Assembly (NCBI GenBank): GCA_000091205.1
Contig: AP006493.2
DNA from: Cyanidioschyzon merolae
Taxonomy: Eukaryota
Direction: 5' to 3' (one strand)
Length of the DNA: 64,000 nucleotides
The position numbers were made by a program, and so were the translations under genes. Shown here in pieces: positions 44,400 through 54,051 of the stretch. Each line of letters begins with the position of its first letter. Position 1 is the stretch's first letter. The notes under the pieces are model-generated. The model was given only the letters and a program-made list of their open reading frames with translations. It was not told where the DNA came from and searched no databases.

Positions 44400-45824
44400 T
44401 GCGCAACGCCAGAGTCAAATTAAAAAAGAACAGGAAACTACGCGCTTTGTCCAAGCTATCCGCTTTTCTCCCCAACTCACATTCAGATCTACACCCTCAG
44501 CGTTCGATGCGCAGTTCTAAGTGCTCACGGACTCATAAGCAGTTCCAGAACTCCTGATCGGATTTGGAAGCCTGGTTCCTGCGACCCGTTACCACCGGAA
44601 TCAATACGATTCGTGACTATGTTGGACACGGGCTCGCCATATCTACGATGCTGCGGATCAATTTGTTCACACAAGATTCCACTCTGCCCCTTTTCTTACC
44701 TGGAGCACGCTCAAATCATGAGTGCTTCAAAATACAGATACTTTTGTTTCGGGGCAACTCGTGAGCGCACCAATACGCGCTGCTGGACTCGCGAGGAGCA
44801 CGAACTCGACGATGTCTCTCGCTGACTTGCGCAAAAGCTCATTCCGCAAGTTTACTGGACTTGTCACGAACAATAATCGATCAGACACGAATGACCAGCT
44901 GTCTTATTTTTTGTGTGGTCAACGACGAATACGATCTCGGAACCACCAGCACCAGCACCACCAGCACCAGCACCAGCACCACCAGCAGCATACCTCTCAG
45001 GGAATATGCTCCCAAAGGCTCCCGTCTATACCGTTTCTATCGTAACGAGTCTTCAGTTCAGTCTTCGATCATCACAGTGATGGATTCCATTGTAGCGTAC
45101 TTCTCGGCTCTGTATGAAGTGAGCGTACGCGGATCCAGACTTCTCGACCGATTCTCTAGCCCAGATTTTCCTGACGGTATATGATTCCTCATGGACAACA
45201 TCGCCATCTCTAAACCTACAACAAATGCAGCAGCGCGCGCCCGCGCGTGCAGCGGACCGACTAGTCGCCTCGGATCGCGACCCAGAAGAGGCTCGCAAAC
45301 GTAGCGTACAACACCAGGTGCGGAATCAGAGAATGGCAGACGCGGAAGCCCCCGTTACCCCGTAAGGGCTCGTACCAAGTCATAAAGCAAGCGTTTGTCG
45401 CGCCACAGAGCGGCCTTCGGATACGGAGGCGTGGTGGACCTTCGGGCATACCTGACCATATCCACTTTTCGCCGCCGCGGAGGCCGCACCCAGACTGTAC
45501 ACCAAAACGAACAGCATGGCAAGCGACGCGTAGATCGCAACGTTTGCCTGTGCACGAAATGCGTAGACAACAGCCGGCAGCGTCGAAATCGGGCACTTGA
45601 ACACTGCCATGAACGTCCTTCGGATGCGGACAACAGAGTCGGACGGAAAGCGGAAGCCGACGTCGTTAAAGTCAGCGATCATAGAGAGGAAACGTAAGCA
45701 GTTGACGAAAACGCCCGCAAAGGCTCGCGTTGAGAGCAATTGGAAGGGATTCCCACTTGAATATGCTCTCCCGCGTTCCCTGACTGGACTCGTTCTATTC
45801 TATTCTGTTCTGACATGGGTGCAA
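44400..45824 (-). repeat. Right arm of the inverted duplication (reverse-complement copy of 39747-41175)
   Basis: See left arm. Contains the mirrored (CACCAG)n and the same ORF set on the opposite strand. Confidence 0.9.
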
Positions 45825-46852
45825 CGCAAGTACTAGCAGACAGCTCGATGCGTTTGCGAAGCAGCGATACCCCCAGTTGCACGAGCACGCTGCTGCTCCA
45901 GTGGCTATCAGCACGCGCATCCGGTGAACTCATGTCCTCGTCCGTGCCTAGACACTGCTTTTCGCAGTCGGCAGGTTTGTCGCGTGCAACGAATATCTGG
46001 AAACGCAGCGCCGGCCACGTCGAAAAGCTTTCTTCAGGATCTGCGTTTATTTTCTGCTTTGGCGACGACACTTTGCGGGTTTTCAGACTGTCAGCCCCCG
46101 AAGCGCTTCAGAGGAACAATATCACTGAATGCGAACTCCAGTCACCTTTCATACAGCACGTCAAACGAACGCACCCGCACATTCCTTGTTTCGCTTCTAT
46201 CGGCGGTGAGTCGTGGCATATCAAGCACTCACCAGCGTTACAGGCATCCTCCTCCCGACTGCTAACATGCTAGCGACACGCGACCAGACAAACGGACGGA
46301 GCAGCAGACGTTCTGAGCATAGATGCTCGTGTCCGCTCTCTGGCTACGGGCATTCCCGCGACACCCGATCCGTCAAACGGATGGATCGTTGAACGATCTG
46401 CATACCGATGCCGCGTAACCGACACCCTGTCCGCAAGATCCATTTTTATACAGAATCTGTTCCGAATGCCCTTCGATCCAGGGCGACCTGCCCACCAGCT
46501 CTGATCCCGGTCGACAGGGCGGGGTTTGCATCGACCCGAGCCCGGGTCCGATTCTGAGTCCAAAGCCCCTGTCCTATGGCGACGCCAGCGTTTCCGCATC
46601 AGTACCACCGGGGCGCACCAGGCGACGCTGTGTTGGCACTGTGTGCCGAAACGTCGCCCTGGAACGGGTCCAGCGTCATGGCGTGCGGGTCAGCTGGCCC
46701 CGATGCTGGCTATCGCATGTGCCTCTCTGGCCCAGCTCTTGTGGCACTTTTTCCCGAATAAATTTTGTTCGTGATTCGAGAAGGCATTCGCATCAGCACG
46801 AGTTGCAAGTGCGGGCTGGGGCGAGGCATTTGCACACCGCGGTGCGCAGCTC

Positions 46853-49411
46853 ATGCGCCACTGGCGGCCTCGTCGAGCGCACCCACACAGTCGAATCCTT
46901 TGGGTGTTTCTCTCTCTCTTCAACATATTTATCTGCTATGCTGCTACGGTCGCGCTTGGCGGAGAGGTTTCTGCACACGCATACGACCGGTGCAACTCAT
47001 CCCTGATGGCAACGGCTGGCTTCAACGACAGTGCCGCACAACAGTTTGTCTTTCAAACAGCACTAGAATTGCTCTATACCAGTTTCGCATCATCAGAGGC
47101 TGCAGCGAGCCTAGTGCGCCGTGGATATGCCCATAATGTCCTTGAGTATGCGGCCATGTTAGCGATGAGGGGCAACGCTTCCGACTGTCCCTTCTTTCGC
47201 GAGCTGCTACGTGAATACGGTACGGCCTTCGCTCGAAACCCCAAAGCTCTCGCCAGTGATTTCTTCGCTGCATTACCACTGGCGGCCGCTATCCATTACG
47301 GTCTCGAAAATTCTTGGATAACTGTGTCTGACCCTGGTCTCGACCCAGCAGTGATCCGTGCGGTCTGTAAGCCGGACTGGACCCTGCGCGGTGCGCAGAA
47401 TCAAGCGATGATCAAGGCAGCCGGCACTGCGCTCTGTCTCGCGTCGATCCCTTCCCAGATTTTAGGCGGATCAGCCACAACCACGTATGCTGCGTATATC
47501 GAGGCAGTATGGGATGACTTTGCGGTACGCGCCCAAGGCGATACCACCGAGAATGCTCCGCAGTATAACGTGATATTTCTCAGCGGTTTGTGGGTCCTGG
47601 TCAACCTGAACCAAACGAGGTGCGATTGGCTACAAAAGTCTGCGAATGCCTTCAACATGTTCATGGATTTCGCGAACCAGGTGTCGCCCCTCGGTATACT
47701 GCCGAGTTACGGCGACGACGGACTCGGGACGCCGCTCGTTTTCGCTGGCGACTGGGCCAGCGTGCTGGCGCTCGCTGCGAAGCTCTACGCCGGCCACGTA
47801 ACCGGGAGTGGCGACATGACTGCAGTGTCGCTCCTCGAGGCCGCGGCGTATCGCGTCTGGCAGTTTCAAACTAGCGGGCCGCTCACAACCAAAGCTGGCA
47901 ATTCGGTTGGCGTTTTCCTCCATCCTGTCCGCTCAACACAGCCGTTGTTTCACATGGCGCTGCTAGCACACCCAACATGGGCCGACTTGCGAGCAGGCGC
48001 TACTGCTGCTGTGGGCGCAAACAGCGCCGCAACCCGTGCAATTGTGACAGCGCGCGTGCCTCAAACGCCCGACAAAGTCATCGTTACCGCGACGGATGGC
48101 TCCGATGCCGGGAATCAGTCCCTTTTCGCCTGTGCGAGTGTGTATTCATCGCCTTTCGCGTACCATGCCCATGCACAGCAACTGGGAACAATGGCCATGC
48201 TCTCGATGAACGATGCCGTACTTCTGTACGGCCTCGGCTACAATAATCGCCTCCAAAATCAGTCAAATACAATGGTGCTCGTTCCGCGTCAACAACTATC
48301 CATGCCCAGTGTCATGAATGGCATCTGGCAGAGCGCGATGCTCCCGACCGAGAATCTGGAGCCATATGTCGCCGGAATGTCGTTTGAGACACTTGCAACA
48401 GGTCTTCTGTCCCTGCAGCAAACCGCGAGTTTGTTGCGCAACTTCAACCGGACTGTGACGTTTCGAGTGCAGTACCGAGGACCCGGAACCGGCAAGCTTA
48501 CAGTGCGCAACCTGAGGCTCGTATCAGGTGCCGGAGAGGAGCGCGCTGCACCACTGCTGGCCTCCACGGGCATGCGCGGTGCGAGCGATAACGGTGCAGA
48601 GGTCGCCTTCGAGAACTGCGGCGGTGATGCGGTTGCCTTCAACACATATGCCCTGCGCAACGGCAGCGTCACCTTCAGCGTCACCGAATACCCGTATGTT
48701 GCTTTTGATTGGAAGTTCGAGGTTTTTCCGAACACTGCTTGCGAGCCGGGAAAGCCACCGCCAGCTGGTGCCGGCAGTATTACCGCACCTTCTTACACAT
48801 TGTTGATCTTTCGGGCATCGCCCTCGTCGCTATTCGATATCAACGTGCTTACGGACCCGATGCCTCGACCCCGAGACGTTGAGGCGGCGCCTATGACATC
48901 GCTAGGCGAAGCAGGATCAAGCCCGTGGCAGGCAGCCGCTCGGTATCGCATACGCGGGTACGGCACAGCGGATACTATCTGGACCCGCGAGCTCTTTCTC
49001 TCGGCGATTGCAGAGCGGACCCTCCTGGTCCGTGACACCGTCGAGTGCGGCGACGCGCTCCTCCAGAGAGGTTATGCGTCGATAGGACCTGTTTGGAACT
49101 TTCTCGGAACCGCTTACCAACTGAACTCAAGTGACCGTACCGTATACATACGGGGCTTTCCCAACGCTGTCACGAAAGTTGCTCACGACGACCGCCTGGT
49201 AGCCGAAGTGCGCGTGCGCTCCAACACAACAGCTCAACTACAAGTATCGAACACGCAGCTCTTGTGGGCGAACGTTAGACCAGTAGTCGTTCGCGCTCAA
49301 GCTCCGATCACGAGTTCGCAAAAGACGTTGCGTTTTGAAACGACCATCCGCCTCGTTTCAGAGTCACCGGCTGGTGCGCTGTGGCACAAATACCAAACAC
49401 TCGACTTTTGA
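46853..49411 (+). CDS. Hypothetical large secreted or membrane-anchored protein (852 aa) with N-terminal signal or anchor; Ala/Gly/Thr-rich, no recognised catalytic motif
   Basis: Long uninterrupted ORF. N-terminus RILWVFLSLFNIFICYAATVALGG is hydrophobic. Many N-x-S/T sequons. Codon usage consistent with neighbouring genes. Confidence 0.6.
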   Translation: MRHWRPRRAHPHSRILWVFLSLFNIFICYAATVALGGEVSAHAYDRCNSSLMATAGFNDSAAQQFVFQTALELLYTSFASSEAAASLVRRGYAHNVLEYAAMLAMRGNASDCPFFRELLREYGTAFARNPKALASDFFAALPLAAAIHYGLENSWITVSDPGLDPAVIRAVCKPDWTLRGAQNQAMIKAAGTALCLASIPSQILGGSATTTYAAYIEAVWDDFAVRAQGDTTENAPQYNVIFLSGLWVLVNLNQTRCDWLQKSANAFNMFMDFANQVSPLGILPSYGDDGLGTPLVFAGDWASVLALAAKLYAGHVTGSGDMTAVSLLEAAAYRVWQFQTSGPLTTKAGNSVGVFLHPVRSTQPLFHMALLAHPTWADLRAGATAAVGANSAATRAIVTARVPQTPDKVIVTATDGSDAGNQSLFACASVYSSPFAYHAHAQQLGTMAMLSMNDAVLLYGLGYNNRLQNQSNTMVLVPRQQLSMPSVMNGIWQSAMLPTENLEPYVAGMSFETLATGLLSLQQTASLLRNFNRTVTFRVQYRGPGTGKLTVRNLRLVSGAGEERAAPLLASTGMRGASDNGAEVAFENCGGDAVAFNTYALRNGSVTFSVTEYPYVAFDWKFEVFPNTACEPGKPPPAGAGSITAPSYTLLIFRASPSSLFDINVLTDPMPRPRDVEAAPMTSLGEAGSSPWQAAARYRIRGYGTADTIWTRELFLSAIAERTLLVRDTVECGDALLQRGYASIGPVWNFLGTAYQLNSSDRTVYIRGFPNAVTKVAHDDRLVAEVRVRSNTTAQLQVSNTQLLWANVRPVVVRAQAPITSSQKTLRFETTIRLVSESPAGALWHKYQTLDF

Positions 49412-51047
49412 CGCCTTCGCACGGACACCTTGCCGACGTGTCCGCGCACGCATGCAGTCAGTTGCCGCGCACGCATGCGTCCATCGCTGTGCGTTGTTTG
49501 TGGCGCAGCATGCAGGGCACATGCCGCATCCGCCGCTAGGCACTGCATCAGCGCCTGCTGTGGCATTCGCGCTCGTGCTGGGCGGCAATACAGCGAGATC
49601 TCTCTGCTGCTTGACAGAGGGTCGACGCAGACAAGGGATCCCCGAGTGCACGCTTGATAGCAGCGTGCGGTGAAGCACCCATCGTTCCACGCCCTACCTC
49701 CACGTACCATCGTCCATACTTCCCCTCGCGGATCCTGGATACGGTGAAATGACGCTGGCGCCCGCAGCATCACCGATGCGATACGATCAGGAGTACGTTG
49801 CAAATCAGGCGAGCATCCGCAGGATGATGGATGTATGATGTAAGGTCGATGCCTTGAACCGGAATCTCCCAGATCATTCAATGATACCGGTGAACAAGCT
49901 AGTGAGTTTCTGGTCCTTCCAGATACGTTACGGCGTAGTGCAACATCCAGAGCGATGATCCATAGTGCATGTGATGCTAGACCGAGGCAGCGCCCTTGCG
50001 GGTGCCGCGCACGCGTCATTTGGTTGACACGGCGCTGGATGCGCCGTCGCAGCCATGGACGTCCTGCAGAGGTGGAACAGCTTTGGGCTGCGTTGATGAG
50101 AGTCAGCTCAAGGCATGGAGATATCTGGCACAAGACCCGGACTAGTCACTGGTTTGTGCACTGCCGCGTTTCGGTTCACATTGTGGAGTGCGTATCGCAC
50201 ACGGCCGCTGCCGGGAACCAGTGGCATGCATGAGCAAAACGAGCTAGGTGCTTTTCGCAAATATCGCAAATGCGCAAATGCCCCGAGGATGAAAGATCTG
50301 CTTTTTGATGCTTGTTTGTTATTGCATGGTCAGTAGCAGCCGGCACTGGTCTGCGAACTGAAGCGAGATCCGCTGATGACTGGCGGTGCTCAAAGCATCC
50401 AGCCAGCTGTGCTACATTCGCGTTGTCGAGCCAGGAGCGCGAGCACTGTGACAAGGCGCGATCGCTGCATCACCGCAGCATCTGGTAATCGCTGGGCGTA
50501 AGTAGTATCTTCCCAGCAGTTCCCTGGGGAACGCGTGTCTTTTCCGAGCATACAGTCTCCATAGGACTCATGTGTTCCGCTCTCGTGCCGCAGTTCACAG
50601 GCTAATCGCTCTGCCAGCATTGTTCCGCACGGGCATGTGAACCATGTGCTGTGCGTTTGCGGCAGTCTCCATTGAGCCGGTATGCCTGTCGTGCAACCAT
50701 ATGCAAGCGGATTATCTTCAAGTCCCCGATACTGCATGTTCTGGATCAAGCGGTCACCGTCGACGCTCCCGTCCATCATATGAACACACAAACCAAGAGT
50801 GATGGAGCTCTCGTCGATCACACGAGCAAACCGCCTTCGGAGCGGGCATACAGCGACCTCCATATTGCGATAGTACGTGCGCTGGACTTGGTTTCCGATG
50901 CGAACAGGAACCGCTTTCCCCTCGTGACGAGGCACTAAGCAGAGCACACTACAGCATTCAACTATTTGTTTCCTGACTGTATCCGTGTACGTGTGGCTGT
51001 GCTTCTCGTTCTGATGGATTCCAGTGAGCAGGCGGCTGCTGCGTTCA

Positions 51048-51482
51048 TCACGGATTGTATCCGACCGTTATCACAGCATTTGCGATAACAAGCCGATCAT
51101 CGCCCGGCCTATCACCGTGCTCCCCGAGATAAATGCCGGAGCTCGCCGCCAAGCCGCCAGGTACGATTTCCACCTCAACTTGCCCATATGGAAAGAGTCG
51201 CCGGAGAGCGTGCTTGTCGACGCGATTGTGGAACTCTGGCGGCAAGCCTAGTAGAACATGTACTCGCATTTGTTGGAGGTCCCCCGGTGGCGGCAGAAAC
51301 TTCCGTAGTCCGGGGTACGAATTGCGGTGCAAGGCATCGTTGCAGGCCCGTTCAGCCGCTACCTGAGCGTCTTGTCCGTGCAAGTCCACGCCGAAGCCAA
51401 CCTCGATAGCGAATACCTCGGTGGGCAGCCCGGATAGGGCCTCAGTGTGCCCGAAAGTCGTGCGATGTTCATCCGAAGCCAT
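51048..51482 (-). CDS. Small hypothetical protein (about 145 aa from the internal Met; the ORF is open upstream to 52130). The C-terminal domain resembles, from memory, the small conserved Lin0512-type family.
   Basis: Conserved-looking block VFAIEVGFGVDLHGQDAQVAAERACNDALHRNSYPGLRKF...MRVHVLLGLP...GQVEVEIVPGGLAASSGIYLGE. The upstream 216 codons are Arg/Cys-rich and look non-coding. Confidence 0.35.
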   Translation of the reverse strand: MASDEHRTTFGHTEALSGLPTEVFAIEVGFGVDLHGQDAQVAAERACNDALHRNSYPGLRKFLPPPGDLQQMRVHVLLGLPPEFHNRVDKHALRRLFPYGQVEVEIVPGGLAASSGIYLGEHGDRPGDDRLVIANAVITVGYNP

Positions 51483-52130
51483 CAATAGAGTTCGTGGTTT
51501 GCTCTGGCCAGATGAAGTGCGACCGCCTGGGCCCACAAGCGGTTGCCAACGCCGCTTTCGGGCTTGCGTCAGTTGAAACCAGTTCCGCAGAACGTTCCGC
51601 AGTCCAAACAGGTACGCAGTTCCAGGCAGGTGTCTCCAATAAGTTTGCGCTCGAGAGCTGGTTGCACGGACGGTCACTGCGCGCCGCCCTTCAGTGGCCA
51701 GTGGAGCCCGCAGTTTCTTCCTCTGAAAGCGACACGTCTCAATACGACAACCGCTTGTCAACAGCCCTGAGCACTGCCCGGTGTCCAAGCATTGAGAGCA
51801 CCAAGTCGCTTGCGGCGACACGCTTACAAAGAGCGCCACCAGGATACGTCGATGGCTTCGCTGTACCTGTGGCATGCGCGAAACCCGCACCCACGCAGGA
51901 ACAAGTACGACCACAGTGTCGTGGGCGCCGACGTCGCCCTCCACAACATTCCCTGGAGCCAGCACTGGGAGCGCGCCCCAGAACCCCTCTGTTTTCTGTA
52001 CGGCATCCGGCATAGCGCTTCCATCGGCGGAGGAGTTGCACAGGGTACGCTCGGCACCTGGGAAAACTGTTTTCGAACGATCCATGCTCCCGAAACAGGT
52101 GCTCTGCTGTCGGTTGAGGAACTGCGACAT

Positions 52131-52878
52131 CGTTTGAAATGGGGTGGTAGTTACGCAACTTGAACACCGATCGCAGTCGTGAACTCAGAGAGCCTCGATA
52201 TCCAGTTTATCGAACCTAGATCATCGAGATTTTCGCTCAGCTCGACGCCTTGGTGGTGATTACAACAGGACCCATCCGTATCCGTGCAGCGTTCGCAGCG
52301 GTGCTATGCAGGCGCGGGCCTCGGCGCTCACGACAGGCTCAGTAGCCAGAGGATCGGATGAACATGGCATTATTTTCAAAACGACGTCTGCTTCGTGGCA
52401 GACAGAGACTGGAGATCTGGTGTGGCATGATAGATGCTTTTTCTGATGCCAATATTCGATGTACAATTGGGGTTACCTGGCTGGAGTAAATGATCCTGCA
52501 TCCCCGTATGATCGGAACATTCACCAGAGGCGCCGCCCGAGTGCCATGCCTCGCAGCGCGCCGTTACGTCCCGTTCCGTTGCCAGGTCGAAGTGCCAGAC
52601 CCGCAAACCGCGATAAACGGTACGTCCGGGGTATCTAGTGTGCAGTTTTGATCCGTCTGCGGCAGGTAGCTTCCGGTGGTACGCACGGGAGCCGTCAGGA
52701 GCGCTGAGTCAACCACCTGAAGCTGGTTGGTGCTCGGCTAGCAGGATCCCCGCGCTGGAGGTTCACGGTCTCCGTTGGGATAGCGTGCCCCGCGCGTTTC
52801 GCGTTTAAGCACGGGCCAAAGCTGCTTACCAGAGCAGTGGACCTGCTTGGGGAGCTCGCGTACTGCTCAATCTGAGGA
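52131..52878. promoter_or_regulatory. Divergent promoter region between the small hypothetical gene (-) and ArfGAP (+)
   Basis: Head-to-head arrangement. Inference only. Confidence 0.25.
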
Positions 52879-54051
52879 ATGGCTCCTGATGATCAGCCCG
52901 AGGAGCTCGACGCGGCAAAAGTCCTCGCGGAGCTGCAGCGTCTTCCAGACAATAAACGCTGTGCAGACTGCGGCGCGTATCATCCGCAGTGGGCTACAGT
53001 AACGTACGGCACGTTCATTTGTCTTGAATGTTCAGGTCGACATCGCGGTCTCGGCGTGCATGTTTCGTTTGTACGCTCTGTGAGTATGGATCGCTGGAAA
53101 CCTCTGGAGCTGCGTCAAATGCAAGTCGGCGGGAACGCTGCGTTCATAGACTTCATGCGGCGCTTCGCCGGCATCACGCCCAGCGTCTCTGCTGACATTC
53201 CCGCCAAGTATGCGACTCCAGCTGCAGCAATTTACGCGCAACGTATTCGAGCACTAGCACGAGGCGAGCCCTGGCAAGACCCTGAACCTGGGCGCGTACC
53301 TCGTATGCCAGCGCTCAGTGGGTGCTCCGATAGTGGCGGGCCAGCCGCACCTGCAAGTGTATCAAGCGGTGCTTTTCCGGGGGGGTTTCCACGACAAACA
53401 CCACTCCTTGCACAATCGGGCCGGATCGAGAGCGTCTCCAGCCGCCCAGTGAGCCTCTCTGGTGGTCGCTCAATGCGTTCCGTTCCCCATGGTAGCGTCG
53501 ACCATGATGCTTTGAGCGTGGAGCAAGCTCTAAAGACTGCCGGCTCTACGCTAAGCGAGCTGACGGAGCAGGGTACGGAACTTGCGCGCACAGCGACGAT
53601 GAAGTTGAGCGCATGGATCTCACGGGCAGCCAATCTACTGGAGGGTCCGAATACAGGTCATCAAGAGCTGACCTCGCATACGGAATCCATTCAGATGACG
53701 AGACGCACCGATAACGGCTCGTACACTGGTGCCGTCCGCGACGACAACGACGATGAACAGCAAAGTCTGCTGGCGGGCATTCGACACCTACCAAAAGGCA
53801 GTGGCCTGGAAGGCATCGGCAATCCGCGACGTCCAGCGCCCACTGAGGAACAACACAGCGCATCGCGATCGTCGAATTCTACGGAGAACTCGAGCATCTT
53901 TAGAGGTTTCTTAGGCAATGAATCGAGCCTATCGTCAAGTTTGAGGCGAGATCTTCGACACCTGCAGAGAAGTCAGCGAAACCTGGACGATGGCCCCTCC
54001 ACAGCATCGGATGCTTCGGTCCATTACGCGTCCCAGAAGCGCTTTCAATAG
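52879..54051 (+). CDS. ARFGAP: ADP-ribosylation factor GTPase-activating protein (ArfGAP1/Gcs1-Glo3 type)
   Basis: N-terminal ArfGAP zinc finger [66 protein letters not shown], with the catalytic Arg in the CxxC..CxxC context. Ser-rich low-complexity C-terminus. Confidence 0.85.
   Translation: MAPDDQPEELDAAKVLAELQRLPDNKRCADCGAYHPQWATVTYGTFICLECSGRHRGLGVHVSFVRSVSMDRWKPLELRQMQVGGNAAFIDFMRRFAGITPSVSADIPAKYATPAAAIYAQRIRALARGEPWQDPEPGRVPRMPALSGCSDSGGPAAPASVSSGAFPGGFPRQTPLLAQSGRIESVSSRPVSLSGGRSMRSVPHGSVDHDALSVEQALKTAGSTLSELTEQGTELARTATMKLSAWISRAANLLEGPNTGHQELTSHTESIQMTRRTDNGSYTGAVRDDNDDEQQSLLAGIRHLPKGSGLEGIGNPRRPAPTEEQHSASRSSNSTENSSIFRGFLGNESSLSSSLRRDLRHLQRSQRNLDDGPSTASDASVHYASQKRFQ

Noticed and set aside
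39747-45824. Interpretation of the inverted-repeat module as a classic TIR DNA transposon or Polinton/Helitron
   Set aside because: No transposase/DDE, integrase, polymerase or helicase ORF in the core. No target-site duplication at the arm ends. The arms (1.4 kb) are much longer than typical terminal inverted repeats. Kept only as foldback-like or inverted duplication.
49297-50947. Minus-strand ORFs 49297-50133 (278 aa) and 50390-50947 (185 aa) between the 852-aa gene and the small hypothetical gene
   Set aside because: Arg/Cys/Ala-rich, overlapped by ORFs on the other strand. The CPCG...H pattern in the second was compared with Rieske, MsrB, GFA and Yippee motifs and fits none.
51483-52130. 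N-terminal 216 codons of ORF 51048-52130
   Set aside because: Arg/Cys-rich junk-like composition, in contrast to the globular C-terminal part. Treated as an upstream open frame rather than coding.
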